Shown: positions 57,538 to 64,000 of the stretch, one piece after another
How positions within the stretch are numbered: position 1 is the first letter of the stretch
Layout of the letters: the number at the start of each line of letters is the position of its first letter
Notes under the pieces: model-generated
Database searches by the model: none
Told to the model about the DNA's origin: nothing
Seen by the model: only the letters and a program-made list of their open reading frames with translations
Translations under genes and position numbers: made by a program
Origin: Melioribacteraceae bacterium
Lineage (GTDB): Bacteria; Bacteroidota; Ignavibacteria; Ignavibacteriales; Melioribacteraceae
Direction: 5' to 3'
NCBI GenBank assembly: GCA_026417375.1
Contig: JAOADJ010000008.1
Span: forward strand, 96,640-160,639
DNA: 64,000 bases

Positions 57538-60500
57538 CTAATTTTCAATTTTAGTTGATTCAACTACAACATTTGAAACAGTCTTTTCCTTTTCAGAGAA
57601 ATATGTATAAATAGCCGGAATAACAAAAAGAGTTAACACAGTAGAAAAAGTTAACCCGCCAATTACAGCTATTCCCATAGAAACTCTGCTTTCAGCTCCC
57701 GCACCAATTGCTAATGCAATAGGCAAAGTACCTAGTATAGTTGATAAACTTGTCATAATGATTGGTCTGAATCTTAACACAGCAGCTTCTCTAGCGGCAT
57801 CAATTACACTTAATCCCTGAGCTTTTTTTTGATTTGCAAATTCAACAATCAAAATTCCGTTTTTTGTAACTAACCCTATCAACATTACTAAACCAATATT
57901 ACTGAAAATATTCATTGTTTTATCTGTTATATATAAAGAGAAAAATGCACCAGCAACTGCAAGAGGAACAGTAAACATTATAATAAATGGATCTCTAAAA
58001 CTTTCGAATTGTGCTGCTAAGATTAAATACAAGAATACCAAAGCAAGCATAAATGTAAAAAGTAAACTTGATGAGCTTTCAACAAAATCTTTTGATGCTC
58101 CAGTTAATGCAGTTGAAAATGAATTATCTAAAACTTTTTCTGCAATGTTATCCATTGCTTTAATACCATCTCCAATTGTTTTTCCCGGCGCCAAACTTGC
58201 AGAAAAAGTAGCTGATACATATCTGTTAAATCTATAAAGTTGCGGTGGCGTGCTTTGTGTTTTTATTGTAACAAAATTATCAAGTTGTATTAATTCTCCT
58301 TTGCGAGATTTAACATAAAGAGTTTGTAAATCAACCGGATTGTTACGGTATTCTTTCGCAACTTGTCCAATAATCTGATATTGCTTTCCATTCATAATAA
58401 AAAATCCATACCTCTGACCGCTAAAAGCAAATTGAAGTGTCTGAGCAATATCAATAACTGAAACTCCAAGCTCGCGGGCTTTGGCTCTGTTTATTTCCAA
58501 AACTAATTCTGGTTTTGTGAATTTTAAATTAACATCAACCTGAGCGAATGTATTGTCATTTCTGGCTTCATCTAAAAATTTAGGAATAATTTCTCTTAGC
58601 TTTTCCAATGTTGGTGCTTGAACAACATATTGAACCGGTAACCCGCCTCCTCTTTGTGAACCGATTGTTTGAGGTTGAACGACAAATGTTCTGCCATCAC
58701 TTAATCTATTTACCTGTCTTGACAAATCTTCATAAATATCCTGTTGAGTTCTTTTTCTTTTATCAGCTTCAACTAATGAAACTCTCATAAATCCTGTATT
58801 ACTTGCAGATGCCCCGCCTCCAACGCCAACAGCCATTAATATTGATTCACTTTCAGGTGCTTTTTCTTGCACAAGTTGATTTAATTTTTCAAAAAAATTA
58901 TATGTAAAATTAAATGATGATCCTTCTGGTGTTGTTGAAGTAATTCTCAATTCCCCTCTATCTTCTATTGGTGCAAGTTCAGATTGTAATAAGTTCATTG
59001 TCAAAAAGATTGTAATTGCAGAGATAATAATTACAACAAATGCAAGCCATCTTCTTTTCAAAAATTTAATTAATAGAGAATTATAACCATCAATTAATTT
59101 TACAAAAAATGGTTCTGTCAATTGATAGAACTTGCTGTGATGAGCTGTTTTCTTAATTATTCTTGAACTCAACATAGGAGTTAAAGTTAATGCAACAAAT
59201 GCAGATATAATTACTGAACCAGCAATTACAACTGCAAACTCTCTGAATAATCTTCCGGTTACACCTTGTAAAAACATAATTGGTAAAAACACAACAGCAA
59301 GAGAAACTGTTGTAGAAATTATCGCAAAGAAAATTTCTGATGATCCTTTAACTCCGGCTTCCATCGGATTCATACCATCTTCTATTTTACGATAAATATT
59401 TTCAAGAACTACAATTGCATCGTCAACCACCATTCCGATTGCCAAAACTATTCCAAGCAATGTCAGAACATTAATTGTAAAATTTGCAAAGTACATTATG
59501 AAGAATGCCCCGATAAGTGAAATTGGTATTGCAATAATTGGAATTACTGTTGTACGCCAATCTCTTAAAAACAAAAATATAATTAATATTACAAGTCCAA
59601 ATGCAATTAAAATTGTTTCCTGAACTTCTTTTATTGATTGACGAATATATTTTGTTTGATCAAGTCTAACTTCTGTGATAACATCTTCTGGAATATCTTT
59701 TTTAATTTTTTCTAACCTTCTATAACATTCATCTGCAATTTCAATGTGATTAGAACCGGGTTGTGGCAAGAGAACAACACTTATCATTGGAATCCCATCA
59801 ATTTTTAAAATTGAATATTCATTTTCGGGACCAAGCTCAGCATAACCTATATCAGATAATCGAACAAAATCTTTATTGTTTTCTCTTATAATTAAATTAT
59901 TAAATTCTTGCGGAGTTAATAATCTTCCTTTTGTTCTAATTGTTAATTCTGTATTTACACCTTCAATTCTTCCGGAGGGTAATTCAATATTTTCGCTGCT
60001 TAAAGCACTTCTTACTTCCTGAGGTGAAACTTTTAACGATGCCATTTTATATGGGTCTAACCAAATTCTCATTGAATATCTTTTTTCACCAAAAATTGAA
60101 ACCTGACTTACGCCGGGAATTGTTTGTAATCTTTCCTTAAAAATGTTTGAGGCGATATCAGAAATTTCAAGTAAGTTTTTTGAATTACTTTTTAAAGTTA
60201 TATACATAATTGGATTAGCATCGGCATCAGTTTTAGTTACAACTGGTGGATCGGCATCTGGTGGTAATTGTGAAACTGCTCTTGAAACTCTTTCACGAAC
60301 ATCATTAGCTGCAGCTTCTAAATCTACATCTACATTAAATTCTACAGTTATATTACATCTTCCATCTCTCGAAACTGAGGTTATTGATCTAATTCCGGCA
60401 ATACCATTAATACTTTCTTCGAGTGGTTCTGTAATTTGAGATTCAATTATATCTGCATTTGCTCCGACATAAGAAACCCCAACCGTTATAATTGGTGGGT

Positions 60501-60621
60501 CGATACTCGGATATTCACGAACACCTAAATATGTGTAACCAATTATTCCAAGTAAAACAATAAACAAAGACATTATAATAGAAAGAACGGGTCGTTTTAT
60601 ACTCAAAGATGAAAGACTCAT
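57538..60621 (-). CDS. RND efflux permease (AcrB/MdtF family)
   Basis: IKRPV, AIGMVVDDAIVVLENI, LTLTPML, GLVTKNGILIVEFA, RFRPIIMTS. Confidence 0.96.
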   Translation of the reverse strand: MSLSSLSIKRPVLSIIMSLFIVLLGIIGYTYLGVREYPSIDPPIITVGVSYVGANADIIESQITEPLEESINGIAGIRSITSVSRDGRCNITVEFNVDVDLEAAANDVRERVSRAVSQLPPDADPPVVTKTDADANPIMYITLKSNSKNLLEISDIASNIFKERLQTIPGVSQVSIFGEKRYSMRIWLDPYKMASLKVSPQEVRSALSSENIELPSGRIEGVNTELTIRTKGRLLTPQEFNNLIIRENNKDFVRLSDIGYAELGPENEYSILKIDGIPMISVVLLPQPGSNHIEIADECYRRLEKIKKDIPEDVITEVRLDQTKYIRQSIKEVQETILIAFGLVILIIFLFLRDWRTTVIPIIAIPISLIGAFFIMYFANFTINVLTLLGIVLAIGMVVDDAIVVLENIYRKIEDGMNPMEAGVKGSSEIFFAIISTTVSLAVVFLPIMFLQGVTGRLFREFAVVIAGSVIISAFVALTLTPMLSSRIIKKTAHHSKFYQLTEPFFVKLIDGYNSLLIKFLKRRWLAFVVIIISAITIFLTMNLLQSELAPIEDRGELRITSTTPEGSSFNFTYNFFEKLNQLVQEKAPESESILMAVGVGGGASASNTGFMRVSLVEADKRKRTQQDIYEDLSRQVNRLSDGRTFVVQPQTIGSQRGGGLPVQYVVQAPTLEKLREIIPKFLDEARNDNTFAQVDVNLKFTKPELVLEINRAKARELGVSVIDIAQTLQFAFSGQRYGFFIMNGKQYQIIGQVAKEYRNNPVDLQTLYVKSRKGELIQLDNFVTIKTQSTPPQLYRFNRYVSATFSASLAPGKTIGDGIKAMDNIAEKVLDNSFSTALTGASKDFVESSSSLLFTFMLALVFLYLILAAQFESFRDPFIIMFTVPLAVAGAFFSLYITDKTMNIFSNIGLVMLIGLVTKNGILIVEFANQKKAQGLSVIDAAREAAVLRFRPIIMTSLSTILGTLPIALAIGAGAESRVSMGIAVIGGLTFSTVLTLFVIPAIYTYFSEKEKTVSNVVVESTKIEN

Positions 60622-60657
60622 AAAAAACTCATTAATATTTCTGAAAAAGAAATTTAT

Positions 60658-61734
60658 TTAATCAACAATAGAGGTGATTTTTATTTTTGCTCTGGGTCTC
60701 AGTTGCATTATTCCTGAAACTAAAACAGTATCGCCTATTTTCAATCCATCGGTAATTTGAACTTCTGTTTCTGTTCTTATCCCGCTTTCAACTTTTTTAG
60801 GAATTGCAAAACCATTTTTATAAACAAAAACTCTTTCGCCTGTTATATCAAGTGTTAAAGCTTGTGTTGGAATTGTTAATGCATTTTTTATTTCATTTAA
60901 ATTAACCAAAATTGTTACAAAGGAACCGGGTATTAGCTCCCCTTTATCATTATTACAAATTGCTCTTGCTTGTAGTGAACGTGTATCTGGATTTATTTTG
61001 GATTCAATAGCATAAATTTTTGCATTAAATTTTTTTCCATTGGGTGTTTGAATTTGAATAGTATTGCCAACTGAAATTTCATTTGCAAATCTTTGCGGTA
61101 TTGCAAAATCAATTTTAACAGGATTTACATTTTGAAGTTTTGCTATTTGAGTTGTTGGATTTACGTAAGCACCTTCAGTGACATAACGTAATCCTATTTT
61201 ACCATCAAAAGGTGCTTTAATTTCTGTTTTTGCAATTAATGCTTTTATATTTTCAACATCGGCAATAGCACTATTTAAATTGTTTATAGCTTCTTCATAA
61301 GTTTCTTTACTAATTCCATTTTTTTCAAATAATCTTTTTTGACGAAATTCTTTTTCTTCAGCATCTTTTAATTTTACTTCTGCTTTCTTTAACTGTGCTT
61401 GTAAATCAGCATCATTAATCTTTACAAGAATATCACCTTTTTTAACATATGAACCTTCTTTAAAAAATATTCCAATTACTTTACCAGAAGTTTCTGTATG
61501 TAGCTCAACTTCTTCATTCGATATTATTGAACCAGAAACCGATAAATTGTTTTCAAAATTTTTGGGTTTTATAATTTTAACCTGTGCTGCAATTACAGCA
61601 CTTCTTATTCCGCCTGATTTTTCTTCTTTTGATTTTAATTTAGGAATGATAATCAGAAGTAAAATTATCAATACAACTAACCCAATTGAAATATTACGTA
61701 TTAATTTTTTATTCATCTTTAAGTCCATAAACAT
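60658..61734 (-). CDS. RND periplasmic adaptor (membrane fusion protein)
   Basis: N-terminal TM helix, SGKV..I.FKEG..VKKG, IKAPFDG.IG, L.PGSFV. Start may be one of the slightly downstream ATGs. Confidence 0.94.
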   Translation of the reverse strand: MFMDLKMNKKLIRNISIGLVVLIILLLIIIPKLKSKEEKSGGIRSAVIAAQVKIIKPKNFENNLSVSGSIISNEEVELHTETSGKVIGIFFKEGSYVKKGDILVKINDADLQAQLKKAEVKLKDAEEKEFRQKRLFEKNGISKETYEEAINNLNSAIADVENIKALIAKTEIKAPFDGKIGLRYVTEGAYVNPTTQIAKLQNVNPVKIDFAIPQRFANEISVGNTIQIQTPNGKKFNAKIYAIESKINPDTRSLQARAICNNDKGELIPGSFVTILVNLNEIKNALTIPTQALTLDITGERVFVYKNGFAIPKKVESGIRTETEVQITDGLKIGDTVLVSGIMQLRPRAKIKITSIVD

Positions 61735-61826
61735 TTATTCTAAAATTGTTAATTATTTTTTGAGCTAACTATTTTTTTTATGAATATTATTAAACACTAT
61801 TTTTGTAATAATAGATTAATTTATTT

Positions 61827-62684
61827 ATGAAAAATTTTCTTCTCTTAATTTCTATTTCAGCCGGAATATTTTTTCCATATGGACATAATTATGTTTTTCT
61901 GATTAGATATTTTTTAATGCTTTTACTTTTCTTTTCGTTTCTTGACATCAATGTAAATAAAAAAATAATTCACATAAAACATTTTTTAATATTAGGAATT
62001 ATAGTTTTCTCTTCATTACTATTTTATTTTTTATTAAATATATTTAATCATGAAATTGCTCAGGCAGTATTTATTACTTCAATAGCACCAACAGCAATTG
62101 CCGCTCCTGTTATTATCAGTTTAAGAAAAAAAAATATTGAGTTCGTAATGTTTTCTTTACTGCTTAATAACATTGCCATCTCTTTATTAATTCCTTTTTT
62201 ATTGCCAACAATTACAAATTCAGAAAACATAATTAAAATAAATGAAGTTTTATTTCCTGTTTTAATTACTATCTCAGTTCCATTAATTGTATCACAGTTA
62301 TTTAAATACCTTTTGCCAGCTATATGGAAAAAATTAGTTGCGTGGAAGGATTCATCTTATTATATATTAATTGTAAATATTTACATTGCTGTATCAGATG
62401 CCTCAACGTTTATAAGAAGCGAAAATGATAATAATCTTCATATAGCATTATTAATTGCCATTTCATCAGCATTGCTGTGTATATTTTATTTTACTTTAGG
62501 TTGGTTAATTGGAGGTAAAAATTTTTCGGCAGAAGCAAGCCAATCGTTGGGTCAGAAAAACAATGCTTTTACAATCTGGATAGCTTTAACATACCTTTCA
62601 CCTTTAGTAGCTCTTGGACCCGTTTTTTATGTGCTTTATCAGAACATTTATATTTCTTGGGTATTATATAAAAACAATAAATGA
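61827..62684 (+). CDS. Bile acid:sodium symporter-like membrane protein
   Basis: About 9 TM helices; APTAIAAPV and GQKNN motifs. Confidence 0.75.
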   Translation: MKNFLLLISISAGIFFPYGHNYVFLIRYFLMLLLFFSFLDINVNKKIIHIKHFLILGIIVFSSLLFYFLLNIFNHEIAQAVFITSIAPTAIAAPVIISLRKKNIEFVMFSLLLNNIAISLLIPFLLPTITNSENIIKINEVLFPVLITISVPLIVSQLFKYLLPAIWKKLVAWKDSSYYILIVNIYIAVSDASTFIRSENDNNLHIALLIAISSALLCIFYFTLGWLIGGKNFSAEASQSLGQKNNAFTIWIALTYLSPLVALGPVFYVLYQNIYISWVLYKNNK

Positions 62685-62685
62685 T

Positions 62686-63294
62686 TTATAAAATTTCATA
62701 GGATTTTAAATCATCAATTAACTTTTCATAATCTATAAATTGAACACCATTCCAACCACATTTTTTTGCCCCCTCAACATATTCTAAAACATCATCAATA
62801 AAAAAATGTTCTGCTGAAGGTTTTTGAGTGAATAATTCAACAGTTCTGTAAATTTTTTCTTCGGGTTTAATTGCACCAATTTCGTGTGAATAGAAAGTTT
62901 TATCAAATAATTTTAAGAACCCGAAATGTCCATAGCCATATTCTTTATGAAGAATGTTTGTGTTAGAAAGTAAAGCAACAAAATATTTTTCTTTAAGAAC
63001 AGGAATTAAATCAACAACATTTTGATTTATCGTAAAAATATTAGCAAACGTTTGAACGAATAAATCTTTAGTAACCAAACCCTCTAACCAATTAAGCATA
63101 ATATCAACAAACTCATCAAAAGTTAATTCACCTTTTTCAAATTTTTGATGAATGAAATAGTTTTTAGCATAAAGGTCTTTAAATTTATCGCCAAGACCTT
63201 CTTTAACATTATTAAATTTTTGAATTACCTGATTATAATCAAAAGGAATAAGAACATTCCCCAAATCAAAAACAATAACAGAAAATTTAGACAT
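62686..63294 (-). CDS. HAD-family phosphatase (YihX-like)
   Basis: Probable ATG at 63294; FDLGNVL, LLSNTN, IKPE, FIDD..Y. Confidence 0.92.
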   Translation of the reverse strand: MSKFSVIVFDLGNVLIPFDYNQVIQKFNNVKEGLGDKFKDLYAKNYFIHQKFEKGELTFDEFVDIMLNWLEGLVTKDLFVQTFANIFTINQNVVDLIPVLKEKYFVALLSNTNILHKEYGYGHFGFLKLFDKTFYSHEIGAIKPEEKIYRTVELFTQKPSAEHFFIDDVLEYVEGAKKCGWNGVQFIDYEKLIDDLKSYEIL

Positions 63295-63317
63295 CACAAT
63301 TCCAAAATTTTTGAGGG

Positions 63318-63381
63318 CAAATATAGTAAAGCCGAAAAGGATAAATAAACTGCAACTCAAAATAAAAATTTCTTATATTTG
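63318..63381. promoter_or_regulatory. Divergent TATATTTG promoter elements for the HAD gene and rnpB
   Basis: TATATTTG on minus (63325-63318) and on plus (63374-63381); both match the TAnnTTTG -7 consensus. Confidence 0.5.
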
Positions 63382-63430
63382 CCTCAGTTAAAAAAATGTA
63401 TAATAAATAAGTAAGTAGAAGATAATTGAT

Positions 63431-63815
63431 GATTCTTGTTGGGCAATTGATTCGCAAACTGCGAGTAGGAAAGTCCGAACACCAAAGAGCAAGGTGCCGG
63501 GTAACGCCCGGGGTTCCAATGGTGTTGGAATACGGAAAGTGCCACAGAAAATATACCGCTCCACAATAGTGGAGTAAGGGTGAAAAGGCGAGGTAAGAGC
63601 TCACCGCATCGATAGTAATATCGATGGCAGGGTAAACCCCACTTGGTGCAAGGTCAAGTAGAGAGCATCTTTTAGGACAAAGTTGCTCGCTTTGATTTCC
63701 TTCGGGAAATTGCTTTCGGGTAGACCGCTTGAGTCTGAAAGTAATTTCAGACCTAGATAAATAATTGCCACTCCGATTTTATCGGAGAACAGAATTCGGC
63801 TTATAGACAAGAATC
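63431..63815 (+). ncRNA. rnpB: RNase P RNA, bacterial type A
   Basis: P1 GATTCTTGT/ACAAGAATC; AGGAAAGTCC, GAAAGTGCCACAGAAA, GGGTGAAA, GGTAAGAG, GGTAAACCCC, CAAGG, ACAGAATTCGGCTTA. Confidence 0.97.
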
Positions 63816-63844
63816 TTAATTTCTCTTCTGCTTCCAAGGGATAT

Positions 63845-64000
63845 ATGCAAACTAAAAAATGGAAGCTCAAAGATTTACCAGATGAAAAATTAGTTCTGGC
63901 TCTGGCTGATAGTTTAAACATCTCTAATATATTAGCTTCTCTTCTTATCAAAAGAGGTGTAACAAATTTCTTTGAAGCAAAAAATTTCTTCCGCCCTTCA
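63845..64000 (+). CDS. recJ: Single-stranded DNA exonuclease RecJ, 5' fragment
   Basis: Hand translation MQTKKWKLKDLPDEKLVLALADSLNISNILASLLIKRGVTNFFEAKNFFRPS matches the typical RecJ N-terminus; runs off the window. Confidence 0.8.
   Translation, partial: MQTKKWKLKDLPDEKLVLALADSLNISNILASLLIKRGVTNFFEAKNFFRPS

Noticed and set aside
493-61768. Remaining short ORFs nested in or antisense to long genes (for example 493-801, 5613-5939, 17616-17942, 42492-42896, 44334-44684, 46909-47250, 60143-60439)
   Set aside because: Fully overlapped by well-supported genes and lacking motifs or ribosome sites; no evidence for dual coding.
63287-63951. Minus-strand ORFs 63287-63604, 63384-63566 and 63601-63951
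   Set aside because: Antisense to rnpB and recJ; typical shadow ORFs.

Overview
AT-rich chromosomal window from an FCB-group bacterium, most consistent with Ignavibacteria (T9SS C-terminal sorting domain, TAnnTTTG promoter elements alongside Shine-Dalgarno sites, a sigma-54 activator). The housekeeping backbone includes trmB, rsmG-mnmG-mnmE with two parS sites (suggesting origin proximity), clpB, rlhA, an RND efflux operon, rnpB and the 5' end of recJ. Three accessory loci stand out. (1) A small GIY-YIG nuclease gene bracketed by five 27-bp REP-like palindromes with co-varying stems and a conserved core (6.3-6.9 kb). (2) A five-gene operon (repeat lipoprotein, GAF sigma-54 activator, membrane Ser/Thr kinase, Kelch-T9SS protein, helical protein) followed by tandem enhancer-like dyads, a -24/-12 promoter and a terminated ~80-nt CA-repeat transcript with no protein gene, i.e. 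a candidate sigma-54-dependent sRNA (10.1-17.3 kb). (3) A decayed integron with a co-oriented integrase stub, an attI, two long attC sites and about four cassettes (22.5-25.3 kb). Also present: a type II R-M pair, a stand-alone SIR2-like gene, an SbtA/SbtB pair, a split PAS-sensor/hybrid kinase pair and an unannotated 33-aa membrane protein. All family assignments are from motif recognition only; no searches were run.
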